Positions 32,451-40,067 of a stretch of DNA of 64,000 bases are shown one piece after another. The notes under the pieces are model-generated. The model was not told where the DNA came from. It ran no database searches and was given only the letters and a program-made list of their open reading frames with translations. The DNA is from a virus: positions 1-64,000 of the IMG/VR virus record IMGVR_UViG_3300032893_000024; one strand, 5' to 3'. The number at the start of each line of letters is the position of its first letter. The first letter of the stretch is position 1. Made by a program: the position numbers and the translations under genes.

Positions 32451-34178
32451 TCAGAACGGCTTCACACCCACGGTGTTCGGGAGAAAGCTGCTCTGAGGCA
32501 CGGGAGGAGGGGGTGGCGGTGGCGGAGGCGGCGCGAACTGGCGCTGCGGAAGCGCAGGCGGCTGCTGAATCGGTTGCGGCTGCACCTGAGGGAGCGGCTG
32601 CACCTGCACGCGCTGCGGAGGTTGTTGTGGCGCCTGTCCCCTCTGAATGGTCGCCGCGGTGTCGCCGACCTGCTTGACGAAATCCATGATCTTCGGGAGG
32701 TTCCCGATGAGGGTCGTCCCGAAGTCCAGGCTGCCATCTGGCTTGAAATTCGCGACAGCACCATTTCCGATCGGCATCGTAGTGACGGGCGGTTTCTCTG
32801 GAATAGGGTTCTCCTCTTCCTCCTCATCGAATTGCGCCGGCTCCGCGCCACCAGTGACTCGAGTGAACGAGTTGGCAGCGTTCTGGAACGTCTGCATTGC
32901 CTTCGCAGCTCCAGACAGCATGGAAGCCGAAGCAGTGAGCGCCGCAAACGGATCTTGTGGCGCCGCAGCAACCGGTGGAGGCGGTGGCGGAGGGGGCGGC
33001 GGCGGAGGCGCGTACTGCTGCGAGGGTTGCTGGTACTGCGGATACTGCGCTTGATACTGCGGGTACCCGCTCACTCCCGGAGCGGGCGCCTGAGCGGTCG
33101 GAACCCAGTACCAGCCAGGGTAGCCATCCACTTCGATCCAGCCAGCAGCCGGCGTGTGAGTAAAGACAGCCTGATAGCCAGGAGCGCTCGGGGGCGCATT
33201 TGACGGATCGAGGCGACGTCGCGGCTGGAACGGCTGCACCGGCATCGGAGGCATTCCCATGGGCGGTGCCACCGGCATAGCGACCGGCGGCGGCACCGGG
33301 CGCTCGTCGCGACGCTGCATCTCTGCAAGCGCTCCGAGCGCCTGCGCGAGCTGCAACTGTGTGTTCTCGAGCATCTGTTGCGTACGCCGTGTCTCCTGGA
33401 ACATCGCAGCCACGGCCGGATCGATTCCTTGCGGCTGCGCCGGAGCCGGCTGGACAAATTGCACCGGAGGAACAGAGGGAGGTTCCGGCGGAGGAGGAGG
33501 CGGCGCAGCCTGGGGCGCCGGAGGCGCTTGCGGAGGCGGCACGTACTGCGGGTACGGGGGCATGGGAGCGTACCCGGGCACGGCCCCCTGTGGGTATGGA
33601 TACGGAGGATAAGCAAACGGCGCTGCGGCAAACGGTGGCACTGCATCCGGAGTCTTTTCAGCGGTCGTATCCGGAAGCTCCAGGTATGCCTCGCCCACGT
33701 TTCTCGCCGACTGCTTGAACGTCACTCTGTATCGCGACGATGGGCTCGACTTGTGGATCGACTTCATCACGTAGTCGTAGAAGTCCGTCCCGTTCTTCAA
33801 GTTGCTCATCACGACAGGGCGGAAGTCCTGCGGGGGATCCGGTGTCGTTCGCTGGATATGGATCCAGATCGTGGAGGTGGCGTAGCTGGCCGCAAGGATC
33901 TCGAACAACGCGAGAGCGTTCTTCTCGTCCCAACGAACATGCAGTCCGTTCTCCTTCTGCTTCATCTTTTTGGCGAGTTCTCGGTTGTACTTCGCCGATT
34001 CGGCCGTGGCAGCGCCGACCCTTCGGATCTGCGCGATGGGTACTTCGCCTCCGGAGGCGACGCTGCCGTCGCCGTTCTCTGGCACTCCCTCGGGGTACAC
34101 GTCTTTTGTGACTTCCCCGATCGTGACCGAGATGTCCGGGATATCCGCCTTCTTCGCGGCTGGTTTCGCTCTGGGCAT
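32451..34178 (-). CDS. Pro/Gln-rich low-complexity virion-module protein (575 aa)
   Basis: Globular ~170 aa N-domain, then long P/Q/A tracts including runs of 12 and 10 consecutive Pro. Short helical islands (QETRRTQQMLENTQLQLAQALGALAEMQRR). Confidence 0.65.
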   Translation of the reverse strand: MPRAKPAAKKADIPDISVTIGEVTKDVYPEGVPENGDGSVASGGEVPIAQIRRVGAATAESAKYNRELAKKMKQKENGLHVRWDEKNALALFEILAASYATSTIWIHIQRTTPDPPQDFRPVVMSNLKNGTDFYDYVMKSIHKSSPSSRYRVTFKQSARNVGEAYLELPDTTAEKTPDAVPPFAAAPFAYPPYPYPQGAVPGYAPMPPYPQYVPPPQAPPAPQAAPPPPPPEPPSVPPVQFVQPAPAQPQGIDPAVAAMFQETRRTQQMLENTQLQLAQALGALAEMQRRDERPVPPPVAMPVAPPMGMPPMPVQPFQPRRRLDPSNAPPSAPGYQAVFTHTPAAGWIEVDGYPGWYWVPTAQAPAPGVSGYPQYQAQYPQYQQPSQQYAPPPPPPPPPPPPVAAAPQDPFAALTASASMLSGAAKAMQTFQNAANSFTRVTGGAEPAQFDEEEEENPIPEKPPVTTMPIGNGAVANFKPDGSLDFGTTLIGNLPKIMDFVKQVGDTAATIQRGQAPQQPPQRVQVQPLPQVQPQPIQQPPALPQRQFAPPPPPPPPPPVPQSSFLPNTVGVKPF

Positions 34179-34188
34179 CTTGGACTCC

Positions 34189-35142
34189 TCAGGAGAAAGT
34201 AGGATTCGAGGCGATGATGGGTGAAACCATCTGGTTGGAGAAGATCATGGAAAAGAACTGCTTCACGGGCGCACCGAGAGCCACGGTCTGCTCCGGCGTC
34301 GTAAGCGACGGGTCGCACGGAAAGTAAGCGAAGAACGACGGCTGCAGCAATCCAGTCGGACCACCGGTGGCGTCGAGACCAGAGTAGAGCGTGATCTGCC
34401 CGAGATTTCCACCTGCAGTTCCGATCGACGTAAGCTGCATGTTCGTGATCGTCGCGTGGTCCAGGTTCGTAAGATTGACCGGCGTGGTTCCGTTCAAGGT
34501 CACACTCTCCGTGAACGGACCGGCGCCCGTCTTGTCGGTGTAGGTAATCTCGACGGTCTGCGCGCCCACTCCGCCGGCCGTATCGGCGTCGCTGGTGGAA
34601 ACGATGGACCCTTGGAAATTTCCAAGGATGTTTGCCATGACCGTTCCGGATGCATTGGAACCACTGAAGAGCTGAATGAGCCCGTCGTTCGAGCCGCCCG
34701 GACCTGCCTCCAACACGGTGAGACTGTCGGTCGTGAGCACGAATGGAGCGGTCATCGACACGGGCGTTGTACCGTTCAACACGATCGTCTGGCTGGCTGG
34801 AACATTCTTCGGACCGGCGTGGAATCGCATGGAAAGCACGCGAGCTCCAGAGCCAGCCGGTGCCGCATCGTTGGGACTCGACGAAACTGCCGACCCAGGA
34901 AAGGCGTTCGCCGAAGAGACGGGAGCGAACCCCTGAAAGATCGGAAGTAGAGAAAGAACGATCGTTCGTACGACGGTCGAACTGGGTGTCGTTACCGTGT
35001 CGCTTGTGAGCGAAAGGCCGATGTTCGTCATCTCCTGGAGAGGAAGCTGGATCGCCGACATCTGCGTCGCGAGGGTTGCCTGTGAGAGTGCTCCGATGAC
35101 GTTGAGCGTATAGGTGAGCGTGCAGCTGGTGGGGGTTGTCAC
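34189..35142 (-). CDS. beta-rich protein with internal duplication (317 aa)
   Basis: Repeated blocks: QTIVLNGTTPVSMT...GGSNDGLIQLFSGSNASG and ESVTLNGTTPVNLT...AGGNLGQITLYSGLDATG. Confidence 0.65.
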   Translation of the reverse strand: MTTPTSCTLTYTLNVIGALSQATLATQMSAIQLPLQEMTNIGLSLTSDTVTTPSSTVVRTIVLSLLPIFQGFAPVSSANAFPGSAVSSSPNDAAPAGSGARVLSMRFHAGPKNVPASQTIVLNGTTPVSMTAPFVLTTDSLTVLEAGPGGSNDGLIQLFSGSNASGTVMANILGNFQGSIVSTSDADTAGGVGAQTVEITYTDKTGAGPFTESVTLNGTTPVNLTNLDHATITNMQLTSIGTAGGNLGQITLYSGLDATGGPTGLLQPSFFAYFPCDPSLTTPEQTVALGAPVKQFFSMIFSNQMVSPIIASNPTFS

Positions 35143-35621
35143 AGCACGTCTCCAGTGACAGGGCTGGCCGGAAGGAACGAGGTCGGTTGATCTGCGGCTT
35201 GCACCTGTGGCGGCGCAGGCGGCGGGGCCGCTTCGACTTCCGGCTCGTCACCATCCGGCTCGTCTTCCGGCTCTTCCGGATCTTCCGGCTCCGTCTCGAA
35301 ATTGTCGTCCGCGTTGTCGAGAGTGTCCTCGACGATCTGTTTCAGGAGATCGAGCGGAGCCATGGAGGCAACGATTCGCACTCCAGATGCTGCGAGGTGG
35401 AAGCGATGTCCGCACTTGACGCCGGTCTGTTGGGCGAGAGATGTCTCGAGCTTGGACCCTTCCAGCGGGACGGCAAACACAGACACTCCGCCATCGATCG
35501 GAACCATCCTGCGCACAATCAATTCGTCGTTGCCAGGTACAGGCTCGTTCAGTTTCCACTGGGTGGGATTTCCCGCCATATCCAAGGCGAGTACCGTCAC
35601 AACAGTCGCTCTGGTCTCCAT
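35139..35621 (-). CDS. hypothetical protein with strongly acidic C-terminal tail (160 aa)
   Basis: Track ORF. Tail DNADDNFETEPEDPEEPEDEPDGDEPEVE. Confidence 0.6.
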   Translation of the reverse strand: METRATVVTVLALDMAGNPTQWKLNEPVPGNDELIVRRMVPIDGGVSVFAVPLEGSKLETSLAQQTGVKCGHRFHLAASGVRIVASMAPLDLLKQIVEDTLDNADDNFETEPEDPEEPEDEPDGDEPEVEAAPPPAPPQVQAADQPTSFLPASPVTGDVL

Positions 35622-35633
35622 GCTTCGATCTCC

Positions 35634-36314
35634 TTACTTTCGCTTCGTGACCTTGCCGCCCCGCTTCCACTTATTGGCGCGGAACGAGTAATAGCCGTCG
35701 GATCCGACGACGATGTGATCGAACAGATCCACCTGAACAGCCTCGCTGGCCTTTCGTAGCGCTGCCGTCAGACGTTCATCCGCCTCCGACGGCGACGCGA
35801 CGCCGCTGGGATGGTTGTGGGCGATCGCGTATGCCGTCGCGCCCATGACCATCGGGAGACGAAGTACGTCCGGAACCGGAACGGACACGCGATCGCGTGC
35901 ACCACGGGCCACCTTGTCCACGCCGCGCACATAGAGCTGCGTGTCGAACAGGATGACCATGAGGTTCTCCTGGTCCTCGCTGGTCATGTCCTGCTTGATG
36001 AAATCGTACAGCTTGTTCGAGTCGTCGATGCGGCCGAACGCTCTCGATCGAGCCATGCAGGCGTTGAATTTTTCCGGATCCTTCGTCACCCGCACGTAAG
36101 GAAGACACGACGGACTTGCCGCAGAAACGTTTTCTGCGATCGCTTCGAGTGGCTCACCCATGGTTCCGACGCGGATTGCCTCCACACGGACAGCCTCGAC
36201 GATCCCAGGATGAACAGCGCACCCGCTCGCAGGTGCTGGTTTCGGACATGTGCATTCCATCGCGGGCGCTTTGGGGGCCTGACAGGAGCACGGCTTGTGT
36301 TCGGTGTTGCTCAT
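35634..36314 (-). CDS. radC: RadC-like JAB/MPN-domain protein
   Basis: JAMM motif AIAHNHPSGVASPSEADERLT. The C-terminal half is typical of RadC. Cys-rich N-terminal extension. Confidence 0.8.
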   Translation of the reverse strand: MSNTEHKPCSCQAPKAPAMECTCPKPAPASGCAVHPGIVEAVRVEAIRVGTMGEPLEAIAENVSAASPSCLPYVRVTKDPEKFNACMARSRAFGRIDDSNKLYDFIKQDMTSEDQENLMVILFDTQLYVRGVDKVARGARDRVSVPVPDVLRLPMVMGATAYAIAHNHPSGVASPSEADERLTAALRKASEAVQVDLFDHIVVGSDGYYSFRANKWKRGGKVTKRK

Positions 36315-36323
36315 ATCCGTATC

Positions 36324-36449
36324 CTAGCGCCGGTTCCGGTAGCGCTCCCGCCAGTAGAGGAATCTGGTCGTAACTGCGAAGCAGAGGGTGATCAGCGGGA
36401 CGCCAACGGCGATCGCTACCAGAATCATCTCGGGAGGGACGGTGTCCAT
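36324..36449 (-). CDS. possible small membrane protein (41 aa)
   Basis: Own translation: MDTVPPEMILVAIAVGVPLITLCFAVTTRFLYWRERYRNRR. Fills the gap between the HicA-like and radC genes. Weak RBS. Confidence 0.3.
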   Translation of the reverse strand: MDTVPPEMILVAIAVGVPLITLCFAVTTRFLYWRERYRNRR

Positions 36450-36481
36450 CGGTAATCACTCACCCTTCATGCCGCAAGAGT

Positions 36482-36757
36482 TCACTGCTTCCTGTACTCC
36501 GCCCGGTCCCTGTTTTCGCTGCCATCCGGTACTTCCCTTGGCTGCTTCTTCTCCAGCTTCACGATCCCGTTCCTCTTGAGAGCACTCTCGAAGTTCTTCA
36601 TCCCCCGCTTGTCGCTCGGTGAGCCGGCAGTTACCACCATCCCCCCGTTCGGAAGCATGACCTTGATGTGCCCGCCGGCCGTCCGCTCCACGCGGCATCC
36701 CTGTGCTTCCGCGTCACGGAGGAGCCGGCGAAAGTAGTCATCGCGGACGGACCGCAC
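36482..36757 (-). CDS. HicA-like (YcfA-fold) protein
   Basis: AEAQGCRVERTAGGHIKVMLPNGGMVVTAGSPSDKRGMKNFESALKRNGI parallels the HicA pattern (G-C-x-hydrophobic ... GG-H ... hydrophobic-P-x-H/S ... L-K). No HicB-like partner seen. Confidence 0.45.
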   Translation of the reverse strand: MRSVRDDYFRRLLRDAEAQGCRVERTAGGHIKVMLPNGGMVVTAGSPSDKRGMKNFESALKRNGIVKLEKKQPREVPDGSENRDRAEYRKQ

Positions 36758-37415
36758 CGGACGTCCTGAGGAACTTGTCTATTTCAAATCGCAGGGCGCT
36801 CGTCATTTCGCTGACGGTCATGTCCCTGTTGTCGATCACGATGTCGAATTCGGAATCCGGAATGTAGAGCTGTTCGAGCTCCGAGGAATGGAGTCGGAGG
36901 AACAGATTCATGATCGGCTTCGGAACGAATCGGGAGAAAAACTTCGGCCAGCCACGCTTTAGCCTCACTAGTATCTTTTTCCCTCCGTAGGCACGGATGA
37001 ACCTGATCTCGTTCTCATGTCGAACATCCGGAATCACCACAGCGGTCACCTGGCGTTGCAGGGTGGAATCCAGAACGATACCCGTCTCTTCAGAGTAGGT
37101 GACGTTTCGTTCGGTAAGAAGCCGACGTGCCGTTCTCACGGCAAGCAAGGCCCAGATGTCCCGGTAAATCAGTCTACCGACCTCGGTACCAAGCACCTGG
37201 AGCGCCCTGCGAGGGGTGAGACCACCGTAACGCGGATCCTGAAAGGAACGCTGTTTCGATTCGCCCCAGAGCAAATACGGATCCCAATCGAACCAATCGG
37301 CAGCGACCCGTTTGAATGGATCTGCCATGGAAACCTGAGCGTATCCAAGCGCAACAAGCATTGCAGCAGCAGTGCTTTTCCCGGCCCCCGCAAGCCCTGA
37401 GATACCAACGATCAC
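36738..37415 (-). CDS. deoxynucleoside monophosphate kinase
   Basis: P-loop GISGLAGAGKST plus the LQVLGTEVGR...IW motif typical of phage dNMP kinases. Confidence 0.7.
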   Translation of the reverse strand: MIVGISGLAGAGKSTAAAMLVALGYAQVSMADPFKRVAADWFDWDPYLLWGESKQRSFQDPRYGGLTPRRALQVLGTEVGRLIYRDIWALLAVRTARRLLTERNVTYSEETGIVLDSTLQRQVTAVVIPDVRHENEIRFIRAYGGKKILVRLKRGWPKFFSRFVPKPIMNLFLRLHSSELEQLYIPDSEFDIVIDNRDMTVSEMTSALRFEIDKFLRTSGAVRPR

Positions 37416-38095
37416 GCTGCCTTCCCTTCCCGCGCCGCGCGCGCCGCCAACCGTTTCGCTACCACCGCATCAATCTCTGCGGTGGGAATCCGCAGCCAAG
37501 TCCTGCCGCCCGGCCACGAGTAGCCAGCGTCCTTCATCCACGCGCGCAGGGTCTCCCCAACCAGACCGCGAGTTCGGGCTGCCGAGTGCACGTACTCGGT
37601 AGCTTCCCACTCACGAATCGCGCGATCGATCTGCTCCGGGTACGCCCAGCGTACCGGTTTCCCCCTCGAGTAGCGATACTGGAGATGGATCTCGACCTTG
37701 GCCCACCGGAGAATCTTGACGAGGTAGTCCACGCAGTATCCGGTCCTCTTGGAGGCTGCAAGGATCGTCTCGCCGCTCGGCTTCCGCGCGGGCCCGAGCT
37801 TCAAGATGTTGGCTTGGTCGATCACGCTTCCCTGCGTTCGATTCAACACTCTCGCGATGTAGCGAACGCTCTTGAACCCCCAGTGACCGGAGAGGACACA
37901 GTTGTCCTCCTCGGTCCAGCGACGGTGCGTCTTCAAGCCGAGGAACCTGGCGCGCTGGAAGATCGCTGCCTTGCTCCGCGTCGGTATCGCGACAACGCAG
38001 GCATGGATTCCTTCGGCGACGTAGAGGCGCCGGAGCGCAGCTTCTTCCTCTGCTGTCCATGAGGGCCACTTCATTTCGTCGCTCCTGAGCTGCAA
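37412..38095 (-). CDS. DNA-binding protein with two Myb/SANT-like W-T-x-EE repeats
   Basis: WPSWTAEEEAALRRLY and RRWTEEDNCVLSGHWG repeats. Weak, by-eye assignment. Confidence 0.4.
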   Translation of the reverse strand: MQLRSDEMKWPSWTAEEEAALRRLYVAEGIHACVVAIPTRSKAAIFQRARFLGLKTHRRWTEEDNCVLSGHWGFKSVRYIARVLNRTQGSVIDQANILKLGPARKPSGETILAASKRTGYCVDYLVKILRWAKVEIHLQYRYSRGKPVRWAYPEQIDRAIREWEATEYVHSAARTRGLVGETLRAWMKDAGYSWPGGRTWLRIPTAEIDAVVAKRLAARAAREGKAA

Positions 38096-38310
38096 ATCTT
38101 TTCGTGCCTAGTCTTCACGTTGATCCCAATTGACCGACCACAGATCGAACAGAGAACACGGTTGAAGGCTCCGTGTGAGGCTCTTGGATCCCCCTTTTGA
38201 AATCGACCTCTATTGGGAGCCATCCCTGAGGCGATGCCGGCCTTTCGTGCCATTTCGGTACTGCGAGACCAGCGTTTTACGCGACGTCGATAGTCAGCTA
38301 GCTCGTCCAC
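38071..38310 (-). CDS. small basic protein (79 aa)
   Basis: Track ORF. CSICG..HEKIC possible zinc knuckle. Confidence 0.5.
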   Translation of the reverse strand: MDELADYRRRVKRWSRSTEMARKAGIASGMAPNRGRFQKGDPRASHGAFNRVLCSICGRSIGINVKTRHEKICSSGATK

Positions 38311-38567
38311 TACTTTTTCCCCTTTTTTTTCAGGTGTTCAAATTCGTGTTGGTTGTCGATGCACATGGAAGGAAACGGATCGCCGATCAAACGATTTCCG
38401 TCCAGGTGACCAACGACCGTGATTCTGACGATCGAATATCCTTGCGCTCGTTCTCTAGCTTGATCCTCACTATCGGCGTAGACGATGAGCTGACGCTTAT
38501 CAGTGGTTTCCAGTAGAAACCGTGTCTTCCTCGTAACGAGAGCCGGCGACGCTACCCCGAGCTTCAC
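38310..38567 (-). CDS. hypothetical protein (85 aa)
   Basis: GTG 38567 (V57 of track ORF 38310..38735) makes a GTGA overlap with the upstream stop. Confidence 0.5.
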   Translation of the reverse strand: MKLGVASPALVTRKTRFLLETTDKRQLIVYADSEDQARERAQGYSIVRITVVGHLDGNRLIGDPFPSMCIDNQHEFEHLKKKGKK

Positions 38568-38818
38568 GGCGTCGTCTTGTCGATCTGGTTCCGGATCCGG
38601 TCCACGCATGCTCCCATCGCTCTCGCAAGCAGATTCAGGACCCGCTTGTACATCGTGGGATCCGGCATTTTGGCCATTGAGAACCCGGTGGTGACGTCTC
38701 GGGACCATTGGATTACGACGACGGCTGCCAGACACGGTTCACCTGCCTCCATTGATAGGGTCCGCATCATCTCCTGCAGACTCGTGTTCACCAACTGCTG
38801 CTTCTTGTCTTCCGACAT
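38564..38818 (-). CDS. hypothetical protein (84 aa)
   Basis: Track ORF. GGAGGTAGAGG directly upstream of ATG 38818. Confidence 0.6.
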   Translation of the reverse strand: MSEDKKQQLVNTSLQEMMRTLSMEAGEPCLAAVVVIQWSRDVTTGFSMAKMPDPTMYKRVLNLLARAMGACVDRIRNQIDKTTP

Positions 38819-39032
38819 CCTCTACCTCCAGTCTCCTCACTGCGCTCGCGAAGGCTCCCTCTGGGAACGGTCCTCCGAAGTAGAGCCAAGCGCCGAGCCC
38901 TTTCAGCTCGGCTGTTGTCAGCTTGCCTAGAAACCGAGCTAGGTCTCGCGCGTCCTCAAGATCCACCTCCGGTAGGCACATACCCCGCGTGAGGATCCAG
39001 AGGACACGCCTCTCATCACGCCGCGCCGGCAT
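38739..39032 (-). CDS. hypothetical protein (97 aa)
   Basis: Track ORF. Its last 80 nt overlap the next gene in another frame. Confidence 0.45.
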   Translation of the reverse strand: MPARRDERRVLWILTRGMCLPEVDLEDARDLARFLGKLTTAELKGLGAWLYFGGPFPEGAFASAVRRLEVEDVGRQEAAVGEHESAGDDADPINGGR

Positions 39033-39372
39033 CGCGCCGGACAGCGATGATCATGTCCTTCTTGATCGCAACAAGGGTCCGGTCATTGTCCAAGAACACG
39101 CCGGATTCGTTTGCGACTGGCTTGCCGTTGTGAAGTACAGCTGTGTCCTTCCACACGATGCGATCTTCGAGGGAGATGTCGTCCACGTTACGCCCGATGC
39201 TCACGACGATCCCGGTGCCAGGTTCCACGTCGAGTACCGCCCGAGGGAGATGGATTCCGCCCTTGGAAACGGTTGTCGGGGTGCCGACGAATACGATGAC
39301 GTAGTCGCCGTGGGCGACGTAGCCCTTGGGGTTGTACTGCGAAAATTGATCGCTTGACGTTTGATTGCTCAC
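39016..39372 (-). CDS. groES: GroES-like co-chaperonin (Cpn10)
   Basis: KGGIHLP mobile-loop motif, GTGIVVSIG, and a C-terminal ...VAIKKDMIIAV pattern. Size is appropriate for Cpn10, with a short N-extension. Confidence 0.7.
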   Translation of the reverse strand: MSNQTSSDQFSQYNPKGYVAHGDYVIVFVGTPTTVSKGGIHLPRAVLDVEPGTGIVVSIGRNVDDISLEDRIVWKDTAVLHNGKPVANESGVFLDNDRTLVAIKKDMIIAVRRDAGAA

Positions 39373-39386
39373 TTGATCTCTCCTTA

Positions 39387-40067
39387 TCAGCCGATCTCTC
39401 TGACTCTGAACGGCAAATCAGCCACATCCTCCGGAGCCATTACCCGGTACCAATTTTTCCCGTGTTTTTCCGGATTCCAGGCGAAACCATGCTCCTTGAC
39501 GATATCCTTCTGCTCGAAAGGAGCCATGGAGTAGTAAAGCTTTTTCGGTCGCATCCCTTTCTGCAGCATCGCCTGCAGATCGGTCCCAAGCTCCGCTGCC
39601 CGCTTGAACAGCCTCGCCAGCGTATCGCAATCGGACAGCGCGCGGTGCGCATTACAAACAGCGACGTCATGCGCGAGCGCCAGATGCAGAAGATGTTCTC
39701 CAAACGCTTTCTGGCGTGGCCACTCGAGATCGAATTTCGAGCATACCCACGGCCTCAGTGAGCGTACGTCTTCGGGCGTAAATTCGTAATCGAACTCGAC
39801 CCGATGGGCAACAACGACGTCCGAGAACTTGATCGCTTTGGCAACCTGATTCCATACGAGTTCCGCGGGCGGAGCATCCTGCAGGAGGGCTGCCGGAATC
39901 CCGTTGTGCTTTTCAGCTTCATTTCCGTTGGCAAAAACGAGTGAGGAAAAAACGTGGATCGGAGCAAGATGCTGGAGATCGAAAACGATTAGTCCGACCT
40001 CGATCACTACGTCCTTTTTCGGATCCAGTCCGCTCGTCTCCGTGTCCAGAATACAAATTCTCCGCAT
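39387..40067 (-). CDS. DEDDh 3'-5' exonuclease (DnaQ/epsilon-like)
   Basis: ExoI ILDTETSGL, ExoII VVAHRVEFDYEF, ExoIII HRALSDCD. Confidence 0.85.
   Translation of the reverse strand: MRRICILDTETSGLDPKKDVVIEVGLIVFDLQHLAPIHVFSSLVFANGNEAEKHNGIPAALLQDAPPAELVWNQVAKAIKFSDVVVAHRVEFDYEFTPEDVRSLRPWVCSKFDLEWPRQKAFGEHLLHLALAHDVAVCNAHRALSDCDTLARLFKRAAELGTDLQAMLQKGMRPKKLYYSMAPFEQKDIVKEHGFAWNPEKHGKNWYRVMAPEDVADLPFRVREIG

Noticed and set aside
33962-35254. 430-aa minus-strand ORF overlapping 32451..34178 and 34189..35142 in another frame
   Set aside because: Arg/Ser/His-rich composition. The alternative frames give coherent proteins with start-stop coupling.
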